The position numbers and the translations under genes were made by a program. Of a stretch of 64,000 bases of DNA, positions 11,841-24,968 are shown piece by piece (the first letter of the stretch is position 1; the number at the start of each line of letters is the position of its first letter). The notes under the pieces are model-generated. The model searched no databases and was not told where the DNA came from. It saw only the letters and a program-made list of their open reading frames with translations. The DNA is taken from positions 4,341,302 to 4,405,301 of the forward strand of contig JAHRHZ010000043.1 in NCBI GenBank assembly GCA_024137785.1, read 5' to 3'. The stretch is from Ginglymostoma cirratum. Lineage: Eukaryota.

Positions 11841-12419
11841 GGTCCTTAAAAGGCCTTAGTGCACCCTGGTAAACATTGACAATTTGGCATTGTCTCTCAC
11901 CAGCAATAAAATGGCATAGCACCCACAAAGTTACATAACTTATGATGCATAGGTGGCACAACTGACACTCCCTAGCACATGCTACACCATTCTCTTATGT
12001 TAGTTGCTGTTTAACACAGTTGATTCATCCTCAGTTATACCTAATCTAAACACCCTCTCTAAGTCACCACTACTTTGTCCCAATATCCACTGGAGACCCA
12101 CATGGGCTTGTCTTGGTCCTGTACAGCAAGAAAGTGGACAATACTAAAATATGAGCTTCTATTTACAGCCACCAAAAGCGAACACAAACAAAATGAATAG
12201 AGGCTGCAGTTTACCCCAACAATGTTGCCATCATGACCAATGTCTATTTTACGTCCCATGATGGGCTGCTGCAACTGGGGGTCAGTCAAGTCTTATCTGC
12301 CTCATAGCACCCAATGTAGTTCAGCTCTGTCATGGACAAGGAGAGCTTCCTCTTCCCCAGGATCTCCATCTCCTCCTCAGAAGTCTGCTCCCAATCCCTC
12401 AGTTCCTTAGCATCCATCA

Positions 12420-12590
12420 CATTGCCTTGTTGCCTGCTCCAATTGTTCAAAACATAGAATGTCAGGATGATGTGGCACACTGTCTATACTGGAGGGGCCT
12501 GCACACTGCTCCAAGCTGTGGAACTGCATCTTCAGGAGCTCAATTATCTGCTCTACACAGCTCCAGTCACAGCATATGCATTAACTTGGT
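12420..12590 (-). pseudogene. PIF/Harbinger transposase (HARBI1-like DDE nuclease) fossil
   Basis: Frameshifted minus-strand translation VEQIIELLKMQFHSLEQ..G/LQY/VCHIILTFYVLNN resembles the Harbinger C-terminal motif VEQTIGLLKMRFRCLDRSGGALQY...VCHII.ACCVLHN. Confidence 0.72.
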
Positions 12591-14271
12591 AATGGTGCCA
12601 CACCAGCTGAGGGACCAATAAATTACACAAAAAAGTGAGTGCCTGCTGAGCTCCAAACCCCTTCCCTTCCCAAACCCCCATCAATCATTCAATGTTGCAC
12701 TGCATTCAGCAGAGTCCATCATTATATTTACCTGACAGGTAATGCAGCGATATTCCCCACAATCCCAAAACACCTTTGAAAGTTTCACGTGATGGCATGC
12801 TTAGTTCCAGTATTCACTTTTTTTTAAAGCATTGCCACTAATTTATGCATCCTTGAGATGCCAAAGTTAGATTAGCAAGCACCAATGGCATAGTGCCATT
12901 TGCCTTTGACCAAAATTTGAAGCTTAAACACTCTGCATGCAATGCAAATGTATGAAATATACGGGTGACATGTAGCTGCAGGTTGAAAATACATGCTTCA
13001 TGTATTTGTCCCTTCAATGTCCAGCAGACATTGATCCCACGCTATCACCTATGAAAGTGACACTCACCCCCACTCCCCCTCCTCCAACTTCCTGGGCATT
13101 GCCCAAGCTATTTTCCAATTGTCTTTCACATCTAGACAATGGCAAGTGATGGTAGGGAACACAGCTCCTGGTGGCCATGTTAATGTGGGACTCCTCCTGG
13201 TCACCAGCTTATTACCCTCCCACCCCATCACCTTCAAAGCCTCCATGTCCTACCACGCTGTACCTCTACAGCCCATTTACATTTGGCGAAGAGAGGACGT
13301 TTGAAAGCAAAGTTCAAGCTTGTTTGACACATTTGGTAAGACAGGAAACTGAATATTAATGAGATAAATTGTGGTATTAATCAGGCATTTAACAAGCAAT
13401 AATTCTTCATAATTGGCAGCTCACAGTAAGCAACCTGCCACGCCACTCTGCAATTGCAAAAAAATCAGTGAATTGCCCCCGATATCAAGATAGGTCTCAC
13501 TGGACTAGCAAAAATCTGCCATAAATCTCACCACAGCGCACATCATTCAGGCCCCTGGAAGATTCTACCTAAATAATCTAATTTTAAATAGCAGTAGTAC
13601 AAAATAAAGATAAATAAACATACTTATTAGGTATTGGGGAAGGCTAAGAATTTAAATCCAATTCAATTTTCTCAATTATGTTCAGGCTGTCTAATAAAAT
13701 TGGAAACATCTTAATATATTGAATAATTCTTACCCCTTGGCGCCTATTCAGAAAAAGACTATCATGCTCACAAAGATAAACTTGCTAAATCTTCTTTTGG
13801 GGAAGTTAAAGAGTCAAGTTTGTTCTCCACAATGAGGTGTAATACCTATAATTATCATTTTCATGCCCAGTAACGTGACAGCCCTTTGTATTGAGATGTT
13901 TATCTTCAAAAACTTCATTAGCTGTGAAGGGCTTTGAAACACCTTGAGATTGCGCAAGGCACTATAGAAATGCAAGATATTTGCTCCTTTTAATAGTATA
14001 TTATAAATTTTCCTGCCTACTCATCCCAAGCTGAAGATATCCCCAGAAACGATTACAACTATAAAACCAGACAAGGCTGAAGGGGGTCATTTAATCACAT
14101 CCAAGAGAAGGGGAGGAAAACCATCATGGATTATTTTTAGGATGACTTACTGTCCATGATTTAAAGAACACTGCTCTAGTAAGGTATGACATTGTCTTGA
14201 AAAGTAATTTAGCCAGATTTGGTTTGGTTGTTTACAATGAAACTGAAAATTCAAGGCTGCCAACTTGGTGA

Positions 14272-14402
14272 CAGTTCTGAAGTGTCACAGCAGACTCGAA
14301 ACATTAACCCTATTTCTCTCTCCTCAGATGCTGCCAGATCTGCTGAGTTTCTCCAGCATTCTCTGCGATTTGTTTCAGATTTCCAGCAACCACAGGACTT
14401 TG
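14272..14402 (+). mobile_element. Penelope-derived terminal repeat fragment
   Basis: gttctgaag...gactcgaaacattaac...cagatgctgccagatctgctgagtttctccagca. Confidence 0.75.
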
Positions 14403-14569
14403 CTTCTTGTCCCGATTAGCTGTGATACAGATTTAGATGCGGCAAATCTCGGGATATCATTGTCAACACCAGTTATCTGGCTCCCAAGTTTATCCAACAA
14501 GATTTCCAAAATCACCTCTGGTGGCCTCTCAATGTCTGCATTTAGCACAATGTGTATTATCCTGGAATC

Positions 14570-15210
14570 ACAGGTTTTTTTCCCAATGCAGAAGGAGGCC
14601 ATTTGGCTCATCATATCTGGACTGGAACTCTGATGTGTATTATGCCTTAGTGCCTTAGTGCCACTCTCCTGCCTTTTCCCAATAGCCTTGCACATTGTTC
14701 CTATTCAAATAACCCTACTGAATGCCTCAACTGAAATTACTTCCATTAGACTTGTAGACAGTGGATTCTAAACCTAACCACTCACTGTGTGAAACAGTTT
14801 TTTTCTCACATTGCATTTACCACTTGCAAGTTATCTTAAATGTGCCCTTTTTATTCATAGTCCTTTTATGAGTGGCAATGCTTTCTCCTTGTCTACTCTG
14901 TCCACACCATGATTTTGAAAATTTCTGTCAAACCTCCTCTTTGCTTTCTCCCCTCCAAGAAAAACATTTCCAATTTCACCAACCTATCCACATCCCTGGA
15001 ATCATACTCCGAAACATCTTCTGTGTTTTCTTCAAGGCAGTCATATCTCTGCTGAAGTGTGGTGCCCAGAATTGTATATAATATAATAGGAGGTCTAAAT
15101 AGGGCTCTACACATGTTCAGTATAACCACCTTGCTGTTGTATTGTATCCTCCCATTAGTAAAGCTTAGGATACTGTATGCTTTATTAACTGCTCCCTCCA
15201 ATTTTCTAAC
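14570..15210 (-). mobile_element. CR1 3' fragment with RT C-terminal remnant
   Basis: ORF 14893-15246 gives AVNKAYSILSFTNGRIQYNSKVVILNMCRALFRP (CR1 RT C-terminus); CR1 tail near 14580. Confidence 0.8.
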
Positions 15211-16062
15211 TCCAGACATATGGAAACTTATATTTGAAGGGCACACATTCTGATGGGTTTTAAAAGCATAGTTTTCAATATTCTGAAAAAGCCGATTTTG
15301 CTAACTGCATTCATTTACCATTAAGATCAACCATAGACTTTGGCACAAGCTTCCAGGGATGTAAACTCAGTTTGCTAGAAGCACCTATCAATAAAAACTG
15401 ACTTGCTGACAAGAAAGAAAGAGCATGGAAGAAAGAGAGAGTAAGAAAGGAAAGGAAAAAAGAGAAAAAAGAAACAAAGAAATGCAGGCTTTAGGACCAT
15501 ATATTTGTACACTGCCCTTTAACTTCCTAACTTAATGCAATTCTTCTCTTTCTTCCTTTAATAACCCACTTTCTATTCAAATCCCATCCTTTTGACTCAG
15601 ATTTTTTGTATCAATTCCTAACATCCCTCTGCCATAGATTTTTTTATCTGCTCTCCTCTATATCTCCATTGAGAAGGACCTTGGAATGTTGTTTCTGTTA
15701 AGGGTGATGTATAACAGTAACTTAACCATCTCAATGTTGAAGTTGTAGCCAAATTAAATCAGATAAAAGCAGATTCTCACTGCCTGCTTGTGACATCAGT
15801 GCAGCAAAGGAAATGCATAGCTTCACTTCTGCCTCTTGAAATTCTTAAACGTTTGTTGTCCTGAAAGTATTAACTCATATTATGCAACAGTGTGACCTGA
15901 AAATCAGTCAGTATCCCTTGTGCTCTTTCTTTACACCGTGAGGCCGGATATCGATGACTAGATCACTGTTTGACTTTGAGCAACGTGGTATTTTTTGCAT
16001 CAGCCCAATTATGTTCTGACCACCTATCCTCAGAGGTATGATCTAGCAGAAGCTGCAGTGGG

Positions 16063-16400
16063 GAGAGCTAGAATACAAGAGCAGAGATGTACTGCTGAGG
16101 CTGTATAAGGTTCTGGTCAGACTGCATTTGGAATCTTGTGAGCAGTTTTGGGCCTCCTATCTAAGGAAGGATATGCTGACATTGGAAGGTTCCAGAGGAG
16201 ATTTACAAGAATGATCCAAGGGATGAAGGTCTTGTCATTTGAGAAGAGATTGAGGATTCTGGGTCTGTACTCGAGGGAGTTTAGAAGGATGAGGAGGAAA
16301 TCTCATTGAAACTTACAGAATACCAAGTGGCATGGATAGAATGGACATGGAACGATGTTTCCACTAATAGGAGAAACTGAGACCTGAAGAAACAGCTTCA
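16063..16400 (+). mobile_element. CR1 RT C-terminal fragment
   Basis: Translates LEYKSRDVLLRLYKVLVRLHLESCEQFWASYLRKD. Confidence 0.85.
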
Positions 16401-16414
16401 GAGAAAAGAGATAA

Positions 16415-16522
16415 AAGGTACTGCAGATGCTGGAGAATCCGAGATAACAAGCATGGGGCTGGATGAACACAGCAGGTCAAGCAGCATCATAGGAGCAGGA
16501 AAACTTGACGTTTCAGGTCCCA
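16415..16522 (-). mobile_element. Penelope-like element terminal fragment
   Basis: actgcagatgctggagaatccgagataacaag...gctggatgaacacagcagg; same family as 41070-41320. Confidence 0.75.
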
Positions 16523-17244
16523 GTCTGTCGAATAGTGCAAACATCGTTTTCATGTCCACCTTATCTAGGCCACTCGGTATTCTGTAAGTTTCAATGAGAT
16601 TCTGTCCACATCCTTCTAAACCTCGCTGAGTACAGACCCAGGGACAGGTTGAAAAATTTGGTCTTCACAAGGGAAATGACACCGACTGTTGTGAAATGTA
16701 ATCGTCAAGTCATGGAACGGAAGACAACAGCATATAGAAGGAACTCCAAATTGGGTCAGCAGTTAACATTCTTGCCTCTTGAATGTTAAGGGTTCACGTC
16801 CAACACACAGACTCAAGCATAAAGCCTAGGCTGACACTCCTCTGTGCAATCCAGCGCAGGGAGGTCTTAATGTCATGGGTTCCCAAGGTTCACCATCATT
16901 CTCACAATTTCAGTGAGCATTTTAAAGGAGAACAGAGTAAAATAACATGCTCAATGTCTCATCAAGGTGTTCCAACAGTGTGTTTTCCAATGAAGGCAAG
17001 AAATAGGTGTTAGGTTGTATAGCTAGGACCTTTGAATATGAAACAAAGAACACAACACTTAGACTTATGTAGCTCAGGTGTGAGCCCACTTGAAGAATTG
17101 ATTGGTTTTCAGTCCCAACACAGTGATGGACATTCATACGTGAGAGAAAGTGGAGAGTCAGCTGACTAACATGATAAATTAAGCTTTCAAGTCTTCTTTT
17201 TACAAGTTTTAATTATGAAGATGAGCTTTGAAGAATTTCCAGGA

Positions 17245-17640
17245 AGATGGTGGCATCGAGGTTATGTTGCTGGAGTAATCATTTTTATGTCTGGGCTAAT
17301 GATCAGAGAGATAAGTTTAAATCTAAGCTTGGAAGTTGGAGAATTTAAAGTCTATTAATTAACTGAATCTAGAACAAGAAGTTAGTGTTGGTAATTGAGA
17401 CCATGAAATTAGTTGATTGCCATAAAAGCCCAACTAATTATTTATGCCCATCATGGAAGGAAATCTGCTGTCCTTAACCAGTCTGGCCTATGAGTGATTA
17501 CAGACCCAGAGATACATAACTGACCATCATCTGCTCTCTGAAATGGTCTAGACTGTCAAAGGCAGCTCAACATCAATTTCTTAAGGGCAATAATGGGAAC
17601 GTCAATGGCATATTGGTCTTGTCAGGATTGACCTAGACTT
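17245..17640 (+). mobile_element. tRNA-derived SINE (family of 23159-23503), diverged
   Basis: ggaaggaaatctgctgtccttaaccagtctggcctatgagtgattacagaccca core. Confidence 0.65.
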
Positions 17641-17904
17641 GTCAGGGAATGGCTAATGCAGACTTCAGAAAGAATTTGGCAAAATACATCAGTAGCAACA
17701 AGGGACAGTGGTGAGGCAGAAAGTGGATGCCTATTTTGTACTATCCCTCACTTTCATTTCCAGTGGCTTTGTGAAGACAAAAATTGATTGCTGTGTGAAT
17801 GATGCTGACTCGCCATGAGCATCTACTGGCAAAGACCAGTTTCACCTTTGATAAGCTTACATTTTCTGAAACAATGGCTCAGATCAGTTGGATGGACAAG
17901 GACA

Positions 17905-18435
17905 ATAAGAAATGGGAGAAAGAGTTGGGCCACAGACTCACTCGGCCCTGTTCCTTCATTCAGTAAGGTCACAGCTGGCCTTATACCTTATTCCTACACT
18001 TTTCTTCCCTAGACTCATAATTCCTTGATTCACTTCATGTTCATAAACCTATCAATCTATTTCTTTAATATACTTAGTGAATGAACCTTCCCTGCTTTTT
18101 GTTGCAGACAGTTTCAAGGATTTGCAAATTTCTGAGTGAAGAAATTTCTTTTCATCTCAGGACCTAAATAGCCCGACAGTGTATCCCATGGCTGCTTGTT
18201 CTTGGCTCTCCAGCGAGAGGAAAACAGCCACTCTGCATCGACTCTATCAAGTCCACTGAGAATTTTATATATGTCAATGAGATCACCTCTCATTTTCTGA
18301 ACGTCCACAAAACAAAGGCCCATTCGACTCAATCTTTTCTCATAGGAGAGCCCTTTCATCCCAGGTCTCAATTGAATTGTCGTTGCACTGTCTCTAAGGC
18401 AAGTATATCTTTCCTTGGGTTCAGAAACCAAAAAT
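17905..18435 (-). mobile_element. CR1 3' fragment
   Basis: ORF 18114-18602 contains PGMKGLSYEKRLSRMGL...MRGDLIDIYKILSGLDRVDAE...RNFFTQ. Confidence 0.88.
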
Positions 18436-19179
18436 CTCTTATAGATTATTTCAGGTAGATAGAAATGGTGGGATGAGAAAGTGATCGTGCAAAAATCCGT
18501 AATCAGAGAGTTAGTTTCGTTGTCATGGAGTATTTCGTTTTGCAGATAGTCATCACCTTCTGGCATACAGGCCAAAACAGGCAGTGGATAAAAAGTCACC
18601 ATGCTCCTTTAGAAGGAACATTGTTTCCTGTCTTTCTCAGGAGACAGTGTGGTTAGGGAGGAGGTCAATAGTTTATGCTGGATGCATGGTTACCTGGATA
18701 CTGTGGGCCTGGTGGTTTGCCTTTGCCCCTTTTGTAAATTTACATTAACAATCTGTAAGTCTTTGGGGAAGTAAAAGAGAGTAAAAACAAAACTAAGCCC
18801 AATTCCAATGAAACCTGCAGGAAATTCCTTCTCGAGAACATAAGACAATCAACTAACCTGCCAGTGACAGGGGGTTACCTATGACATTGGTTTAAAAAAC
18901 ACCCCTATTGGAAGAAATATCTGTATGGGACCAAAAAATGGCATTTCAGAAATTGAGACAACACCAAATAATAACAAAATTCATTTCTTATTTCATTCCT
19001 GACATCCTTTGTGGGCATGCTTGCTGAAGTGTCTCGCCACACCATCACATATTTACTACCATTTATATTAGATTATACCCTCACAGTGTACCATTTTTTG
19101 GCTAGAATTGTCTCCTTCCAAGAGAGCTGGATGAATATACATCATTTTGGGATCGGTTTCTCTATTCTTTCAGGATTTC

Positions 19180-19822
19180 ATCACATGAAAACAGAAGGAG
19201 GCCATTCAGCTCCTCAGGCCTAGACTTTCATGCAACCAGATCTTGGCTGCTCTGTCTGTCAACTCAATTTATTCATCTTTAGAACATAGAACATAGCATG
19301 TAGAACACAGACACAGAATGTACAGCACAGGAACAGGCCCTTCAGCCCACCATGTCAGTGCTGACCATAATGCCATTCTAAACTAATCCCATCTGCTTGC
19401 ACATGATCTGTATCCCTGTATTCCCTTCCTGTTCACGTGCCTTTCCACATACTCTTAAAATATTGCTATCATCTCTGCTTCTACCTCCTCCCCCTGGCAG
19501 TGCGATCCAAGTACCTTCAACCCTCTGTGTAAAAAAATTGCCTCGTACATCTCCTTTAAACCTTCCCGCTCTCACTTTAAACCTATACCCCAACCTAAGA
19601 ATAAGACTCTGACTATCCACCCTATTCTTGTCTCTCATAATTTTACATACTTCAGCCAGGTTGTCCTTCAGCCTCTGGTGCTCTAATGAAAACAATGCAT
19701 GTTTGTCCAACCTCTCCTTATAGCTAATACACTCCAATATAGGCAATGCCCTGGTAAACCACTTTTGTACCCTCTCCAAAAACTCCAATTCCTTCCTATA
19801 GCGTTGGGACCAGAACGCACAA
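19180..19822 (-). mobile_element. CR1 3' fragments
   Basis: ORF 19378-19860 contains LERVQKWFTRALP...SYKERLDK...DVRGNFFTQRV; tail tagaacatagaaca. Confidence 0.88.
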
Positions 19823-20599
19823 TTCTCCCCCAACAGAAATCTGTCAATCTCACTCTTCAAAGCTTTAACTGTCCCCCAGTATCCAAAGCCTTTTTGCCCT
19901 ATTGAATAATTTTAAGCAGCTCAAGTGAATTTCTCATCCGTAAAGGTTAGATTTACACAATCTGTCCTTATGATGTAACCCTTTAAACCCTGTGTCAGTT
20001 TAGTGAATCAGTGTTGCCCCTTCCCCAGGGCCAAAATATCCTTCCCAAGATTTAATGCCAAAACAGTGTTCTATAAGTTTATGCCTGAGGCACCTTCTCT
20101 CCAAGTAAATTGTAGCACAGGTGTGCAATCTCATTTGTCAATTTAGCATCCCTCTTTTGTATTTTCTCTCTTGAGGTATGGCGCTCAGAGCTGTACAAAA
20201 TACTCCAGGTGGTGATGGACCAATGCTTTGTACAAACTAATTATCATTTCCTGGGACTTGGTACACTATCCCTCAAGCAAAATAAAATGTATAAGACAAA
20301 TAAGAAAGAAAACGTGCAAATCTGAAATGAAATCAGAATACTTCCAGCATTTTCAGGATTTATTTTGTCCTGTATAAAATGCTGTCAGGTTTAATCAACG
20401 GTCTAATTATAGGGTGTTTACAGAGACATTCCAGATTCCTCTCTGTATCATTTCCTGGTCCTCCCACCACTGCGCTCAGAAGTGTTAACCTAGTTTATGT
20501 GCTCAAGTCCCTCAAGTGAGATACAAATGCACAACCTACACGTTCAGAAAGGAAGAATGCAACCCATCAAGTCATGGCTGAGTTTTTTCTACACGGTCT

Positions 20600-21290
20600 T
20601 GTTTTCTATTCCCTGGTTTGAGAATTCTGTTTCTCTGTACTAAATGAAATCTTCCACTTTAGAGTCCAATCTCCCAAAATGACTGGATCTTTCTTTGAAC
20701 ATCTGCTTGTTCCTTATTATTTATGACACCCACACAGTTTAGTATCATCAACAAACTAGAAGAATTTATTAGCGATCCTTTAACTCTATCTCTCTCTCTC
20801 TACATCACACACTGATGCTCGCAATGAGTAAATCACTGTGGAATTCTGTAGTCCCCTCTCTCCGCATAGATCCAGCTCCCCAATACAATCTCTGACTCAA
20901 ACGTTTAATTAATCACTCCAAAAGATTTCCATCAGTTAACTAAGACTCTATTGTTTCTTTGAGCAGTCTTCTATGTGATACTGCAATAAAGGTTTTTCTA
21001 AAATGTAGTCTTATCATATCTACTGGGTTTTTCTGGTCAACTAACCATTATAATGCCAAGGAACTCAAGTAGACTTATCAAACAAGATCTACCTCATACA
21101 GAAACCCATGCTTGTCATGTTGTGTAGTTATGTCCCAATCACTTAATATTCTCCTTTCAAAAAGATTTCTGCTATTTCATCCTGTCCTAATAACAGTTTC
21201 ACAGATCTATCATTTTTTTGGATTATTCTTATGCCTTTCTTTGTGACCTGGCATTACATTCCCTTCTTTCTAGTTCCTTAGTGCAACTCA
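20600..21290 (-). mobile_element. old CR1 RT fragment
   Basis: Degenerate FADD-region remnant (tttagtatcatcaacaaact) and upstream RT motif remnants. Confidence 0.55.
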
Positions 21291-21334
21291 GTCATTCATG
21301 AATAGAACTCTTCTCAAGAGCATTACAACAACAG

Positions 21335-21535
21335 CAATAATTGCTGGAGAAACCCAGCAGGTCTGGCAGCATTTGTAGAGAGAAAGCAGATGTTTTGAGT
21401 CCAGTGACCTTCTTCAGAACTGGATTCAAAAAGTTTGCTCTGCTTTCTCTTCATAGATGCTGCAAGACCTGCTGAGTTTCTCAAGCATTTTCCTTTTTAG
21501 TTTTAGTTTTCCAGCATCTACAGTTTTTTGTTTTA
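21335..21535. mobile_element. palindromic Penelope-derived element
   Basis: cagcaggtctggcagcatttgt ... atagatgctgcaagacctgctg inverted arms; central gtgaccttcttcagaac. Confidence 0.78.
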
Positions 21536-22599
21536 TTTTAGTGTATTACTTCAAATTTTCTTTGCTTATATTGTTGCAAGGTGCATAGGATTATTAGAAA
21601 TAGATTATTCAGGAGTTTGAGCTTATTCTGCTGTCAAGTTAGATCATGGCCAATGTGCTTATTACTGTATCTACCACCTTCATTCTCTGTCTGCTTTTTT
21701 CTCCCGCCTTTGTTTCCAAAGGTTAGACAATTGGCTTCCATTAGATTGATCCACTGTCATGGTGATGACAGTGCAGTGATGGTTTTCCATTGTCTTCTGT
21801 AGGATAACTAAGAAACTCTGTCACTCTTACTGTCTGCCATCTAATGTATTGGAAGGTTTTACAAGTTGACAATCAACCTGCTTGGTTACCTTCAAAGCAC
21901 AGCTTCCATGACCAATGGGCCCTGGTGTAGGATGTAAAGATGTTTCTACTTTGTCACAGGCCACTTTGGCATTGGTTTCACCTTCCTTAATATTCTTACT
22001 TCACACAAAGAATCGTAGACCCATTACGTTTCTGCACAGTATAAAATAAATTAAGCTCATTTTGTCAGTGCTGGCTCTTTGTAGAACTATCCAATTAATG
22101 TCACACCCCTGCTGTTTTCCCATAATTTTAATGTTTCTTTAATTTTGAACTTTTATTTAATTATTCTCCTTCAGGAATTAATTCAATTCTCTTTGAATCT
22201 ACTCCACACCCAGCATCCAGGCAGTAAATTCCAGGTCACTGCAATTTGTGCAAGAAAATTGTTTCCTGTGTTGCCTCTAGCTCTTTTGCTGATCACCCTC
22301 ATTCACTGCCTTCTGATAAATATTTTCTAATAAACTTGCTCAGAGGTGGTATTAAACATCTCTGGAACAGGTAGAACTCAAATCCAGCCCTTCTAGTTTA
22401 GAGGAAGGGACATTACCACTGCGCCACAAAAGCCCCTTCTGTCATCTGATACTATTCTTGCTACAACTGGGTATAGATTTTCATTACATACTTAAGCAAA
22501 ACCTTCAATTACCTTGTATGTCTCTAACAAATCTTCTCCTAACCTTCTTTGCGCAAAGGAAAACAAGCCCAACATCTCTAATCTTTCAGGAAATAATGG

Positions 22600-22890
22600 A
22601 ATTTAAAATATTTTCTTAAGAAAATGTCTGGAATTGAAGGCCAGTCTCAATGATGGCGGCCATTAAACAAATATCAATTGCCATAAAAACTTTTCTGGTT
22701 CACTAATATCCTTTAGGGAAGAGATTCTGCTTCATTACCTGGTCTGGCCTACATGTCAATCCACATCGAAGCCCTAGGGTTCTCTTAACAATGTTGTGAA
22801 ATGCCCAAGCAAGCCACTCAGATCAAGGGCAATTAGATCACCAAAAAATACTGGCCTGGTCAATAACACTCAGATCCCACGAAAGAGCAA
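22600..22890 (+). mobile_element. tRNA-derived SINE fragment
   Basis: ctggttcactaatatcctttagggaag...acctggtctggcctacatgt core. Confidence 0.7.
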
Positions 22891-23158
22891 AGTACTTAAG
22901 TTAAGTCATGGAGCCAGGTACCATTTTCTACTCTCCAAGGACTTAGCATCCTTCCACAATCCTGGTATATAGAGTTGGTAGCAGTACTCCAGGTGACTTC
23001 ACATTGGTGTCTCAGAAAATACATTGTTCTCTATTAATACAATGAAGAAACACTTACACTTTCTTTATACAACCTTCTCAACTTGCCTTGCATCTTCAAT
23101 AAATGCATACACCTCCATCACCTTCTCTCTGAATCCCTTGAATAACTGTGCCACTCAG

Positions 23159-23503
23159 GGGAAGCAATAGCCTTGTAGCATGATCGCTAAACAATTAATC
23201 CAGAAACTCAGCTGATATTCTGAGGGCCTGGGTTGAAATCCTGCCATGGCAGAGGATGGAATTTGAATTCAGCAAAAGATATCTGGATGACCATGAAATC
23301 ATTGTCAACTGTTGTGTAAAAACCAATCTGGCTCACTAATGTGCTCCAGGGAAGGAAATCTGCCAACATCACCTGGCCTCGCTTACATGTGACTCTAGAC
23401 CCACAGCAATGTGGTTGACTCTAACTACCCTCTGGGCAATTAGGGATGGGTAATGAATTCTAGCTGACCCAGTGATGCCCACATCCTGTGAATGAATAAA
23501 AAA
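23159..23503 (+). mobile_element. near full-length tRNA-derived SINE inserted in an older CR1
   Basis: B-box-like gggttgaaatcc, core ggaaggaaatctgcc...acatgtgactctagacccacagcaatgtggttgactc, tail atcctgtgaatgaataaaaaa. Confidence 0.8.
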
Positions 23504-23509
23504 GTTTAA

Positions 23510-24070
23510 TTTCTTCTCCTTATTCATTCTATCAAAATATAACACTCCATGTGTTTACCCATTTTACCAGCCTCCCTCTGTCTTCCTGATGTCTGTTCCT
23601 CCTCATTGCTTACTACTTTTCCAAGTTTTGCAATATCTGTGAACTTTGAAATGATGCTCCTATTGTATCTGAAGTCCAAGCCATGACTAAAGACCAAATA
23701 GAAGAGTAGTTTTAATACTGACTCTTCTGATATTAATGGTACATATTCTTCCTATCTGCAAAACAACCCTCACCAAAACTCTCCATTTTCTGTCCTTTTC
23801 CCAATTTGATAACCTTGCATTCACTGCCTCTTTAATCTAAAGGGCTTTAAAACAAGTCTATTGTGATATTTGGTGAAATACGTATTGAAAGTCCATATAC
23901 ACAGCATCAGCTGCATTATCCTCATTCACCCCTCTACAATACTGCATCAAAGACCTCAATCAAATGAGCCAAACATCGTTTGCTTTGAATAAAATCGGTA
24001 CTGACTTTCATTTAGGACCCCAGTTACATTTCCAAATGCCAAGTAACTCTGTCCTGAATGATTATCTCAA
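23510..24070 (-). mobile_element. old CR1 RT fragment
   Basis: ccaagttttgcaatatctgtgaactt (FADD-like) and gaaagtccatatacacagcatc (DAVYMDFQ). Confidence 0.65.
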
Positions 24071-24924
24071 ATGTCTCACTCCAATTGCTCACTTTGACTC
24101 TATGTATATTTAAATATTACAATTATGTTTGGTTCTTATATAAATAGACAACACAGAGGTACGTAATAAAATCACATTCCGTCTCCATGTATATCATACA
24201 TGGGCAGCTATAAATTTACCTCGGGCGCGGACAGAAAAACTGAAGATATGGGATGCGCAGCTTGATGAACACAATATTTGATTCACTGTAATTGATGCTG
24301 AACCACAGATCCTCCGTATAACGGGAAGTTGATCTCATATTGCCATCCCACACTAACGTCAACCCCAGAGTCTCAGCAAGAATATATAGTATAAGGATTT
24401 TTTTCTCTCTCTCTCTGATTCACACATGCATCCACAAATAAACATAGTGACATGCACAGACACATATACAGATACTTAAATACAGGCAGGCAGCCACATC
24501 TTTCTGTAAACCATTGCAATGAATCTCTGTCATATACATGGTCCACGCAGCCTACAAGAATGTTGTCTATAGCACATTCAGAGTTTATATTACGAGATGC
24601 TGAGGTCCACGTGGTAAAAGAAAACAAAGCGGATAACTGCTTTGCTAGTCGGTTGTTTGGTGTGGGGCGCGGGGCGGGCAATGGTGATGGGGGTGGAATT
24701 GGGTTGGGATGGGGAGGATGTGGTGTATAAGGTGGAGGGGAAAGACGTGGCTTATCGCAGAAGGGGGGCGTTCAGTTTATTTTGAAGCCATGAGTTCCAT
24801 GCATTGTACATCTCACCCGGAATTAATACACAACAACGGCAACGTGCAAAGAAACGACGGGATTAACTGCATACCTGGGCTCTTGCCTGTTTAATCGGAA
24901 CCTGCTTCGCCGGAGTGTGAAGAG

Positions 24925-24968
24925 TGTGTGTGAACATGAACGCGTGTGTGTGTGTATGTGTGTGTGTG
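24925..24968. repeat. (GT)n microsatellite, imperfect
   Basis: gtgtgtgtgtgtatgtgtgtgtgtg. Confidence 0.8.

Noticed and set aside
18114-19860. 160-aa ORFs with RT-like sequence as host genes
   Set aside because: Truncated, degenerate CR1 ORF2 remnants.
23159-23260. tRNA gene candidates at B-box-like motifs (also near 34810-34866, 39380, 43520)
   Set aside because: These are SINE heads followed by SINE bodies; no complete cloverleaf.
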